DNA of 64,000 nt from Cycas panzhihuaensis (lineage: Eukaryota; Plantae; Cycadophyta): positions 168,833,741-168,897,740 of the forward strand of contig CM041465.1 in NCBI GenBank assembly GCA_023213395.1. Reading direction: 5' to 3'. Numbering within the stretch: the stretch's first letter is position 1; each line of letters opens with the position of its first letter. Shown piece after piece: positions 46,432-59,067 of the stretch. Below the pieces are notes generated by a model. It was not told the origin of the DNA. It did not search any database and saw nothing but the letters and a program-made list of their open reading frames with translations. The position numbers were made by a program, and so were the translations under genes.

Positions 46432-49400
46432 CTCGTGGTGGTTCATGCCACTATTGGATGCCTTGGGGACTATGTTGGTTCTCCAATATAAAGGAATATA
46501 ATTAAAGGCAAAGGATATAACACACTTATGCTATAACTCTCTCTCTATATATGTGTATATGTGTGTGTGTGAGAAAGAGATATTACTATTATAGCAATGG
46601 CTAGCTTAAGAAAGGTGGGCCATATTAAGATAATTCTTTAAAAGTCTTACTTGTGGGGTCCTAAATAAAGAGTTAATGGGATGAGAGTTTAGTGTTAAAA
46701 GTCATGCACCACCTTATGTACTAAGGCCTCATTGATTATCTCTTGAGTGATGTTGGAGGCTAAATTAGAGCCTATAAATACATGACTATGGAGCCTAAAA
46801 TTTGAATATTTTTTATAATCCATTGGATTCTAAATTATTTAATAACTTATAAACTCCCAACAAAGGACCTTTATCTGCCTATATAAGGTATGAACCTTTG
46901 TTGTATATTTTTGTTAGAGATAAATTTATGACTTATTAAATCATAAGATAAGGATTGTCTTTGATAAATTATCATTGGCATTGCCTTATGTTTTCTTTCA
47001 TCCAAGTTGCCATTTCATGGACCACCATTGCATTAAAAATTTCCATATATGATCCAATTAGTATTTAGTCTATTTAGTGTGGTAAAATACAAGATTTAGT
47101 TATTAGCAACTAATGGAACTCCTATATCAATTAAATTTCTTAGTAGGGATAATAAAGAGTTGAAAGAGCATTCCATAATAGAAATGAGACCCATAATTGA
47201 TTAGGATATGATTGTAATATGCACTAATATTAAAAGCCAACTAGTCATCTTGAATATTACTAAGCATGCAATGAAATCAATTAAAGAGACCCCTTAAGCT
47301 CAACAAAGTAAAAATTAAATGTTGAATGACACCAAATCATTCATATTATAAATGTTAGAACTAAAACATATAATCTATTATAAATGTAGTAAAGTACTAC
47401 ATTGTCGTCCTACAACCACCTTTGAAATAGGTCACTAACACCTAAAATACTCTTTTAAATAATGCATATGTTTCTTTATGTTTTTTTTCATCTTGTGATT
47501 AAGAATATATCCAACCACATACATTACCATTTTGTTCCTAGCAAGTACAAGAATAATAATATTCCACTAAATGCTAGTTAAAGAAAAAAGGTTATGAATT
47601 ATAATATAAACATTTGTGCTCTGAAGTTCTTGTGTTATTATTCTAATGTTAATTACATGCAAAGGATCTTAATGATCTAATATAAATTCCTAAATTATGT
47701 GAAACACCTTTGTGTGGATGGTTTTTGTGGATGGCATTACTACATCTAAGCTAAGGACACTTAAGTAAAAATTCATAACCCAATCTCTTCTTGAATTAGC
47801 CACATAATGGTAATTCCACTAGTGACACTTTACTATGCAAAATAATGGATCTAAATAGGAGGGTGAAATATCTTCCATAATTCAATGCTAGTGTCCAACA
47901 TAGTCAATGTCAAAAGAAACCAAATGAAAACATTAAAGATTTTGATTAAAATGATAGCATTAGGAGATGACATTTCTATGTAATGGCATAAAAGTATAAC
48001 TTGCATGCTTATATAAGGACCTCAACCTTTCAACATCAATTATAATATAAAATAATCCAATAAACATGAAGTATAATAGAAGATGGTATTGCCAATAAAG
48101 ATAAATTAATGTATTGATCACTTGTCCAATCTTGTCGCAAATAATTTTCATCATGATAGTTTCCTTAAGGAGAGAATCTTGATTATAAAATGGGATTTAT
48201 ATCATAAGCCATCATGAAGAGAACATAGAACATATTGATCATGTTGTATGCAATAATTATTTTATCCCTTCTCATTTTATCAAATATTTTATATCATAGT
48301 ATTATATTGTATTATAAGGCCAACCTTTGTTATAAGCAGTAGATGATTATTTTATTAACATTAACATTTATCTTCACCCTACTCCTTTGTAGAATAATGT
48401 AGAAAAATATAGATGTCCCCTTAGGCAAAATGATCATGTATCATAAATGCAAAATTTTTCAAAACCCATGTAGTCCCAATTCTTTATTTTATTTATTGTG
48501 TTATAATACCTACTCCACCTTGTTAACATTCAAATCAAGACTGTCAATGCACCTTCCATATGAAATATGATTTTGTTTATAAATATTACCAAATACTAAA
48601 GAAGATATAACCTTTAAAGAGGAGCCTCATAATTGAAGATAATACTTTCATGATCATGGATCTTAATCTTCTAGTCATATCTAAGCCTATCTATTTAATA
48701 TGGTTATACTTAAGAACATCACAAATGTGAGAAACAAAATGCTCAAGGACTCCTTAACTAACAAAATTATTAAGCTTTAAATTGCATGATACCCCTGAAA
48801 ATTTCCTACAATATAATAAAGTATGCAATTGTTGAATGTTTATTTGAATTTTGGTGTTTGGGGGGGGAGGGGTTGCAAGCATTAACTTATCCATTACTAT
48901 TATTCATTCACTCACTAGCACCACCAAGAAGAGGTATGTGCAATATTATTTTTTCTTTATGAACTATATCTAGTGTAAATAGTCAAACATTTAATAAATA
49001 AAGTTGATTTAGTGCACAATAAAGTTAATATTCTCAAAGGAAATAATAATTGAGAAAAGAAATAAACTCAAATGACATAATGCAAGTAGAATGCATCTTT
49101 TGATTTACCATTAGATTGAGTAAAGATGTTTAAAATAAATTTTCTACCTTCTAAAATAGACTATAAGGTTAATGAGATCATAATACTATAAATTAAGAGC
49201 TCTAAAATTAGTGAACCCCACATCATGATAATCAACTTAGAAATACCAATCTCTTGCTTCTATTTATCTACTTCTTTAAAGAATACTTTAGTAGATATAT
49301 GATTGATATATAACTTCTATGAACAAATCATTAATTTTGTTGACATAATAGTTATTCATATTTACATCTATGAAACATTACAACAATGCACACAACATTG

Positions 49401-50591
49401 CTTATAACTTTTTAAAACCTAGTGAATATGAAAATATCAATTCTTAAATAAAAAGGATATATAACACAAGTAATATGTTACATATGAATTAAATGGTTTA
49501 AAAAATGGTGATTATTCAATGAATAAAAATAATATGTAAAGCAACTCCAATACTAATACCAAGTACTAATATTATTTGGAAAAGCATTGATAAATCATGA
49601 TAATTTACAAGCAACTCTAATATTAGATGCTTTAGCTTGGGATTCTCATGAGTAATAGTTCTTGCTACCCTAATAATCATAACTCACAAAGAAATGATAA
49701 TTTGGTTTTAAATAAGACAAAAGATTAGTGGTTTGTATTCCTACAATTATAGGTGTAGACTTCTCATTTGAATAGCTTAGAAATCCACCATAATCGTTGA
49801 TTATGTTAGGAAGGTTTGTGGATATTTCAAATATATAATTGTGGAATCCTACTTAAAGTTTTAAGTGTAAACTATAAAATCAATTCAATGACTAATATAA
49901 ATGTATATCTATAAAATTTCCCTATACTTATAACTTTAGTTTATTTGTTAACTCTAGTTGGAAAGGTTTTTTTTTTTTTTTGAGCTAGTGATGGCGTATA
50001 AAAAACTACAATAAATCAAATAAGAGATAAATACATAGATGAAAAGAGCATATATTACAGTTAAACATCTCTTAATCCATCAGTATAACCACATAATTCA
50101 TATCTTGTACATTATATTTGTTAAAATAATACTTATATTAGAGTGAATACCCACCTTGGAGAGATTACCCACATTGAGATAATAACCTAAATTAGTGAAG
50201 ATATCTTTGTAACACTATGTGAAGTATTTGTCAATGCCAATCAACAATAAACCTTGATACCCATATTTAAATATTCTCAATCCTATCTATTTATTTATGA
50301 GATTTGAAAACCTTGATATTCATCTAACACCACCATCCTCATGAATTGATAATTACCCTCATTCTACTCTCTTTGTCTTCTAATTCTATTATTTGATGTC
50401 TACCATATATTTATATAAAAAAAATATTTCAATCAATATATCTATTTGATCATGAAGGATGTAGGAAGTGTTCATTAGAGTGAGCTTGTAACTTGATTGT
50501 GATTGTGTACATGTGATCTCATCCAATCTATTATCCTTGTGTGTTTCCCAAAATTATCGTGATGGGTTATTTTATTCTTGATAGTCAATGT

Positions 50592-50870
50592 TTACATTAT
50601 GCCTATAATCCACTCCATTGGTCTATGTCTCTCTTCTTTGTAGTCATCATCCTTGCTCCCTTCTACCCTCATCATCGTTGCTAAAAGAACCCAAAGAATA
50701 GCTACTATTAATAGACCAAATTTAATTGGATGAGTTGGAGATGGATTTGTACTAGCAATGTTTGAAGTAGCTTGATTTTTTGAGAGCTCCTGCTCAACTT
50801 TCTACCTGTAATCCCTGACATTCTGCCTATTTCCCTTTCCACTACATCTGACGATATTCTTCATCACCAT
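50592..50870 (-). pseudogene. Collapsed 14-3-3 (GF14/GRF, epsilon-group-like) gene remnant
   Basis: One frame reads MVMKNIVRCSGKGNRQNVRDYR*KVEQELSKNQATSNIASTNPSPTHPIKFGL... It matches 14-3-3 blocks EMVE.MKKVA, KGNEQNVKRIKDYRQKVEEELSK and YQAASN.A.TDL.PTHPIRLGL in the correct order, with large internal deletions and one CAG>TAG stop. Confidence 0.82.
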
Positions 50871-51767
50871 AGCTAAATCAAAGCACGGAGGGGCAAGAAA
50901 ATAGTTCGTTAGATAGATATTTAGGCACCACTACTAAAAAGAAAGAAAAAAAAAAAATCAAATTCCCTTTCAATGATAGCCGGTACCTCTGATTTGAATA
51001 TTTCAAACATAGTGATAGTGATAAATTCTGTAAGACACGGCTTAACACTTAGGCCCAAATTCCCCTTTATGGCCAATTTTTCTATGCTACCTTCAAAAAA
51101 AAAATGGAAGCAGCGTTAGCAAAGATACATCAGACCCAATTAGTCATTAGACTAAACTGAGGCGAAACTCAGAAGATGAGGTGAGGTGACTGCACTAGGG
51201 TTTGTCACAATTGGGGACGGTGGGCATAGTTCGAAGGCACTGGATGCCATGGCGTCCCTCGAAGGATGATGGCTAGGTTGGCCAGCTAGCATGCACAGCT
51301 GCCTATGGGCTTTTTCATCCCCATGCCCAAGCTGAGACGGAGGACAGTCGGCGGGCAAAGGTATACGAGTTTAGCTAGATGCTAAATAGATAACCACGTA
51401 CAGGAGTCAGTGCGAGATCTCTTCAGCAGATTCAAGGTGGAGCTTCCTTTATCTGGCAGTGGCCTCTAAGCAATCCCAAGCCCCAGTTCGTTTCTTCAAA
51501 AGAGGCAGACCGCTTTATTCAAGATGGGCGTTATTTCCATCTATAGATAAGCAGACAGCGCAAGAGATCAGATGGAAGAGCTAGACAGGCTCTGAATGGT
51601 GAAAAAGGTTATGCTGAGAAGAATTTGAGAGGTAGCCCTTTGTACTATAAGAAGTGGGGCAAAGTGAAGAGTTTGCTTGAAGAAGAACCACATATAGAGT
51701 CAAATGAAATGGTATATCTTTGCTTTTATTGGTTGGAGCTTTCTTCTACAGTTCTTAATTTTTAAAA

Positions 51768-53042
51768 ATGGAAAAAGATCATACCCCTCCAAATCAGAAC
51801 AAGAACCCTAACTTAGCATTGGGGAGAACCTATCAAGATGTTTTGAAATCAAATGAGGAAGAATCTTTTGACCTAACACTTGTGCTTGAGGATAATAAAG
51901 TTAGACTGAAAATATACTTGGCTCTAGTAGAGAAAACTCAGAAACTTTGGGAGAATTGCCTTGTTGGCAGATTCTCAGTACCCAGGCTGGGACTGGAACC
52001 CATTAGGACTTGGATGAAGACCAAATGGAAAACAGTGAGCAGTGTGGAGGTAATAGCCATGCCTAAGGGTTGTGTGCTATTTAAATTTGCATCGTATGAA
52101 GATATATCTAGTATTTTGATTAGGGCACCATGGATGTTTGGCAGAAAAACCCTATCTCTTGAGAAATGGCATAGGGACTTTGATCCCTCTGTTCCTAAAA
52201 TTAGACAAGCTCCCATATGGATCCAACTCCTAGGCCTCCCCCTTCACCACTAGAATCCTGAGGTATTCAAAGGCATAGCGAAAGTGGTGGGCCCTCTTTT
52301 AGTAATCGACTCTATGATGAAGAATAGGAGTAGACTTATAAATGCCAGAATTTATGCCCTGATAAGAATAGATAAGCCCCTCTTAGATGATATTTAGATG
52401 GATTTGCCTGATAAGAGCTGGGTTCAACCATTGTTCTATATGCTGGACCATTTTAGATGTTCAACCTATAGAAATTTAGGGCATCTACCCCAAAAGTGCC
52501 CAGGAGTGCAGCCCTCAAAAGATGAGAAAAAAGAAGATCCATTAGAGCTAAACACCCAAGAGAAGGAGAAGGAAAAAGGGGAGGGTCTAGAACATCCAGC
52601 CCAAATGGAGGTTATCGAAGCCCCTTATCTGAATCTAGGTTTTGACCCAAATGAGGAGGGCATGCTTTTAGAGGAAGACATTCAAGTTGCTCAGGCTCCT
52701 GCGGCTCTGGAGTGCTTGGCTGGTGAGGATGGTATTGGGGAACTATCCCCTATTGGGGTTGTTCCTTTGATCTATAATGTCCTGTTTAAGCCACCAAGGC
52801 AGCAGGAGAAGGAGGTCGTGCTGGGGGCAGATATGCCCCCATTGTCTGTTAGGGGTATTGAAAAGGAATCAGTGAGTCAGGGACATTTGGATAGGGTTGT
52901 GGAGCCAGAGAGGCCTATACTGGAGGATCTAGGGAGGTCAACCCCTAATTTATTATTGCAACCGACTATGTTCCAAAAGAAGCTACCTGATGTAGGAACC
53001 GAGAAGAAGGTGGGGAGACCACCTTTAAACTTGCAAAGATAG
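51768..53042 (+). pseudogene. LINE ORF1 (DUF4283-like RRM plus zinc knuckle), two in-frame stops
   Basis: CLVGRF..LFKF..APWMFGRKTLSLEKW..APIWIQLLGLPLHH*; knuckle RCSTYRNLGHLPQKCP. Confidence 0.88.
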
Positions 53043-53188
53043 AAAGAATCAACTACCTAGGTAGATCAAGGCACATAGAAAACTTTAAAGGAATCATTCC
53101 TTGAAGGACATATTCTTAGATCCAGTACAGTAGGCAGAGAACCCCCAAAAAGGGAAACTACTAAAGTTTGGGAACAAAGAAAGAAGTG

Positions 53189-56100
53189 ATGAAAATTTTA
53201 TCATGGAATATCAAGGGTCTTAATGCCCCTTCAAATCATAGAATCATTAGGGATATGAGAAATAGACATAAACTAGATCTGATATTCTTGCAAGAAACCA
53301 AACTATGCAAGGAGAACGGGCCTAAGATCAAGAATAAAATTTGGAAGTATACTGAAGGCATCAAGATAGACTATGCCCAAGGAGTTGGGGGCTTAATGGT
53401 GTTATGGAATCTGTCTACATAGTCAGGAGAAATTTTTTTGACAGGGATTCCTTTATTTTGATACAGTTAACCAACGAAAGTAACAACATCACATGGCTTG
53501 CCACCAATGTATATGTCCCAAATCATCAAGAAGCCAGAAAGAGGCTTTGGGATAGATTGCTAGAGGCCCACAGGGACTACCAACTCCTATGGCTACTGGC
53601 GGGTGATTTCAACTTGACCTTATCCCCTGGAGATAAGAGAGGTGGTACCAGGCGTTAGACTACTAACATGAGTAAGTTCAATGAATTCCTGCAACAGGGG
53701 GGGTTAGAGGATGTCAAACTTAGGGGTGCCTCTTTCACCTGGTCCAACAAGCAGCTGGGGGATAACCTTATTCAAATTATGCTAGACAGGGTGCTGGTCA
53801 ATTACGATTGGATGAGGTGTTTTAAGGACTTCACCCTAGAGGCTTTGCCAAGGACCAGCTCTGATCACTCACCCCTCTTAATGCAATTTTCGGATTTGGG
53901 TAAATTTATTAGGGCCCCTTTTAGATTTGAATTGATGTGGCTTCACCATCTAGACCTATGGAAGAGAATTGATGAATGGTGGGGCATCGATATTAAAGGA
54001 CATGTAATGTATAGATTCTCGAAGAAGCTGGACTAGGTCAAAAGATAAGTAAAGGTTTGGAATAAGGAAGTTTTTCAAAACATAAATGATCAAAAGGATT
54101 AGACTATCTGTGATCTAAAAGATATAGAGGAATGGATTGAGTGGTTGGGCAGATCACCAGAGCTAGATAAGGCTGAGAAGGAGTTGACTGAGACCCTAAA
54201 GGAGATTCTCAACAGAGAGGAAATTCACTGGAGACAAAAATCTAGGGCCTTGTGGCTGGCCAAAGGAGACAGAAATACTAGATTTTTCCATATAACCATA
54301 GCAAAGCATAGAGCGAACAACAGAATCAATAGTCTTCAAAAGGACGATAGATCTGTTGCTAGTTCGGTAGAGGACATGAAGGAGCTGGCTAGCGATTATT
54401 TCAAGGACCTATTTGTGGAGCTGCTAGATGGGGACGAGGAAAGGAGGAAGGACTTCCTTAACAATATCCCCTATTTGGTGAATAATGCTCAAAATGCTTA
54501 GCTTACAGCTCCATTCACCTAGGAGAAGGTTAGGGCAGTGCTCTTCAGCATGAAGAAAGATAAAGCCCCAGGCCCTGATGGTTTCCCTCTAAGGTTTTTT
54601 CAAGAATTCTGGGATATTATTAAGGGGGATCTTATGGAAGCGCTGTAGGAGTTTTACGTAAACAGAAAGATCTTGCAGGAGTGGCAGACTACTTTCCTTG
54701 TTCTCATCCCTAAAAAAGATGGGGCAAAAAGGATGGAAGAATTTCACCCCATTAGTCTCTGCAATGTTAAATACAAAATCATAACCAAGGTTCTGGTCAA
54801 CAGAGTAAAGAAAATTATGCTAAATATCATTTCCCATAACCAAGATGGTTTTCTTCAGGGAAGATAGATCTACGATGGCTATATTGTTGTCCACGAAACA
54901 ATCCACTCAGCCATAGAAAGGAAAGAGCCCATGATACTCATCAAGATTGATCTTACGAAGGCCTTTGATAAGGTCTCCTGGGAGTGTTTGTTAGACTGCC
55001 TAAGGACTTTTGGTTTTGGGGAGACTTGGTGATCATGGATAAAACTATGCATTAGTAACCCGCAATTCTCTATCATCATCAATGGCTCATCTTCTAGCTT
55101 TTTTTTAGGGTTCAAGGGGTTGAGGCAGGGCAACCCTCTCTCTCCTTTTTTGTATATCACAATGGCTAAATTACAGGGTAGAACCCTAGAGTCCATTAGG
55201 AGACAGGGGGTCATAAATGGTATTAAACCGATATATGGGGTGGATAATGTGGCCCATCATCAATTTGTGGATGATAATATTTTCTTAGGGAAGGCTACTT
55301 TAAGGGAGGCTTCCAAATTTAAAGAGATCTTGGGCCATTTCGAGAAGGCCACAAATCAAAAGATAAATCTGAATAAGAGCAATGTCTTCTTTATAAATAC
55401 CCCAGGCCATACCCAACGTAGGATCAGTAGAATCCTAGAGATGAGCATCAAAAAGCTCCCCACAACTTACCTTTGGCTGCCTCTCTTTGTTGGGAAGATG
55501 ACCAAGGATATGTGGAATCCCCTTATCGATATGTTACAAAGGAAGCTGGTGGGCTGGAAAGGCGCCCTCTTAAGTCTAGCTGGAAAACTCTAGCTTGTTG
55601 CTTCCACACTGCAGAGCATCCCTGTCTTCTGGATGTCCATCTTTAGAGTTCCATCGGGCATCTTAGACATCATTGAATCTATTCAAAAGAGGTTCCTATG
55701 GTCTGGGGCTGAGAGCAAAGATAGGATATATTCGGTTAGTTGGAATAAAGTCTATACTCCAAAATGGGCTAGCAGCCTAAATCTGAGAAGGCTTTCTCTC
55801 TTCAACGTTACTCTAGGGGCAAAGTTGGGTTGGCGACTATTCAAAGGTAGGGAGAGACTATGGGAGAAGATCCTAATAAGGAATTATATCCAAAGGGGCT
55901 CTCTTATAGGTAATAATGTTTCGCAGGTTGGTTCAACTATTTGGAGGAGCATTCTTAAAGCTTGGAAAGCTATAAGGAATGGTCTGAAATAGAGATTAGG
56001 AGATGGAAACTCCATTAGATTCTGGGAGGATGTATGGTATTGCGATAAAGCGCTTAAGGAATACCTAGACCTGGAACCTATCATGGGTCCTTGTGTTAGG

Positions 56101-57381
56101 TATTTCGACATACATGTAAAGGACTATTAGTCTGAGAGTAGGAAAAATAGGATCTGGAGGACTCTAGAGGAAATCCAAGGAGAAAGACTGCAAGAAGGCC
56201 TTAATAAGATCAAAAGGATTCTAGGTAAGAGTTACATCCCTAGAATGCCTTCATTGGATTCAGTTGTGTGGCCTCTGAGCTCATCCAGGGACTACACTAT
56301 TAAATAAGGATACCATTACTTATGTCTAACAACAGGGGTTCAGAGTAACCCAATCCTCGAAGGTGTCTGGAGGCTCCCTATCATTCCTAAGATTGTTATA
56401 TTCTGGTGGACCTGTCTTATGAATAAAACACTTACTGTTGATAATCTCAAAAAGAGAGGTTTTATGCTGGCAAATAGATGTATTTTATGTTACACAGAAG
56501 AGGAATCCATGGACCACATCTTCCTTGAGTGCTCTTACACAAGGGAGGTGTGGAGGATACTACTTGGAAAACTAGAGGTTTGCTAGACATTTTTAGAAAA
56601 GACTGTTGACCTTTGACTTGCCTAGATAAGCCCATTCAGAAGTAGAACATTGAGCTATATTTGGAAGAGTGAACTTTTGATACTAGGACGGAACATACAG
56701 AAAGAGAGGAACCGTAGGATTTTCCAGGTGATCTAGTTGGATCAGATTGCCATTTTCAATAGAATTTATTCAGACATTAGAGAAAATGTCAGAAATATTA
56801 ATGAAAAGCACATATCTTTGCCTGAGAATAGGATCCTAAGCAAATGGGGTATAGAGCCAGTATTTAAGGTTGCAAAGCCCAGATGTAGTAGTTGGCAGCC
56901 ACTCGAGGAGCCCTGGATCAAAATAAACTTCGATGGGGTAGAAAAAGGGAACCCCAGGGATGCTGGGGGAGGAGGTATTTGTAGGGACCATAATGGGTCC
57001 CCAATTTGGGCCTTTACGGACTTCTATGATTACCAGACAAATCATTATGTGGAGATGCATGGTATGCTTAAAGCTCTTGATCTCGCTGTGGAAGGAAATA
57101 TTCAGCATTTGGTAATTGAGGGGGATTCAGAGGTTGTGTTAAACACACTGAAAGATGAGGCCCTTCCAGACTAGAGATTCCAACCCTTATTTAATGATGC
57201 CAAAGAGATCATTAAGGGGCCAGTAGACATCTGTATAAGGCATACCTTGAGAGAAGGAAATAAACCAGCTGACTTTTTGGCAAACTGGGGAGTGAGGCAC
57301 AGGAAAGGCCAAGTATGGAAGAGTGATTTCCCAAGGGACCTCATGGTTCTAGTAGAGAAGGACATGATCTGTAACAGCTAA
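53189..57381 (+). pseudogene. LINE ORF2 (APE endonuclease, RT, zf-RVT, RNase H), multiple stops and a frameshift near 53420
   Basis: MKILSWNIKGL, LQETK, AGDFN, LDRVL, SDHSP; KAPGPDGF, PISLCNV, KIDLTKAFDKV, LRQGNPLSPFL, QFVDD; RCILC..EESMDHIFLEC; KINFDG..GNP..GGGICRDH, EGDS, REGNKPADFLAN. Confidence 0.95.
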
Positions 57382-59067
57382 CTGTGGGTCTTGTCCCAGC
57401 ATCTAGCTCTCTGGCTTAGACCGTGGGGTTGTCACGATCATATAAAACCTGGATGCACAAGATTTCCTAATGTAATAGGTTGTGGGGCCCTATTTCAAAC
57501 CCACTAAAAATTCATTTTATCTTATAAAAAAAAAAAAGACACATCGGAAGCCATATAGAAATGTCACTTTAAAGTATTGTAGTTTTGGAAATGTACATCG
57601 TACTAGACAGTAACATTTGAGATGGCAATTTGGGAACCTGAGCATACCATAGAAGATAGTAATCCAAAAGGAAGTAAAGAATAAGTAAATCTAGTGAGAT
57701 ATTGTATTTAGGTTTGCTTTGCAGCTGCATATATTTGAATTTCTTTTAACATCTCCTATCTCTCGCCCGTGACATCGAAAATATTTGTTTATATCAATAG
57801 TCGCTCCAACTTTTATATCAAATATATTAATTTGGGAACGTATTTCAAATGCAGAGTCCTTTTTGACGGCTAGGGTATATCTTAGGAGCATGTTGCTCAT
57901 TTCAAATGTACGTCTCCTCCTATTGGAATCCACAGACTGTATCGAAGTTGCAGGTAATTGAGGCCATTACCTCCTCTTAGATTTGCATCATAACGATGGT
58001 CTTTTTTGGATTGCAAGCATTCACTTGAATTGACCCCAGTTCTCTTGGAAGATATGTGCCTCATTAGTGCATTATAAATATGTGTGCCATGTCATTCATG
58101 ACTATATTTACTCCCAACCTGCATCCCATTCATAGCTCATAATATTTGCGTACTTTAATTCTGTTTTCGATGAGTTAAGCTTAATATTTCATGGTGCACT
58201 TTCATTTGTATACTTATTTCTTAAGGTGATTGGTCAAGGTAATTTATATTATATATATATATATTTTTCTTTTTTGAATTTTGTTTTCCATAGTCTTACT
58301 ATCTTATAGCCATGCAAATTACATAGTAAAATTAAGTGATCAAAAGATCATATTTTTAAAGGGGTACATTTAATTTTAAAAAAATTTATTTTAAAATAAG
58401 TACTTATTTATATTTCAACAAGGATAACAAGTACCTATTTATATTTCAACAAGGATATTAGTCACTAACAGATCCTATTTTTAAATCTACTAGTTCCAAA
58501 ATGTTTTATATTTCTATTCAAACAAAATGAATATTTCTATGCCTATGTTAGGTCTTTATTGTTACATGACTATGCTAGGTCGTTATTTGATAACTTTTTT
58601 AATAATTGAAAGTTGATAAAAATTTTCTATATAGTTCATATACTAAAGGACTTTTTATCCCTTTTGAACTTTCTTATACTTTTTAATATATAACTTGGTT
58701 ATAAAAATTTAGAATTGAGTGTCATTTTAAGTGTTAGGTTCGTATTTTATTCTTCTATTAAGTGAATAATTTTCAAAAAATTTTAAAATTATTTGATATA
58801 ATATTTTCATAATCAAAGTTAATATTAATTTATGGGTTTTCTATGAGATGATCCTTGAATAAATCTTACAAAAACTTTAGGTTGTAATTATTATTAATAC
58901 AAAATTTTGTTTTAAAGCAGGTTAAGTCCAAATTGGGACACTTGTTCATGTCTCAAAGTTGAAGGAGGACAAATTTTGTTTATATTTTTTTATGGATTTA
59001 TTATATTGCTTAAGTGCATTTCAATATTTCATTTAAGTATTTTACTTTTAAAATAATTTTCTTCATT

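Larger units (their letters stand above)
51135..57537 (+). mobile_element. Full-length L1-type LINE with RNase H, 6.4 kb
   Basis: GC/CpG-rich 5' UTR, ORF1, ORF2, 3' UTR, poly(A) 57526-57537. 14-bp TSD AAAGATACATCAGA (51121-51134) / AAAGACACATCGGA (57535-57548). Confidence 0.95.

Noticed and set aside
47960-48154. MULE SWIM zinc finger (LYKHA as decayed LCKH)
   Set aside because: Upstream CxC not recoverable and no TIRs seen; kept only as a weak hint.
57691-57933. 80-aa minus-strand ORF, and a possible plus-strand exon ending CAG|GTAATT (~57953)
   Set aside because: No recognisable domain and no 14-3-3 exon 1 motif; cannot be supported as coding.
58398-58458. 31-bp direct duplication (similar small ones at ~102-134 and ~34179-34232)
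   Set aside because: Ordinary local slippage duplications with no further structure.
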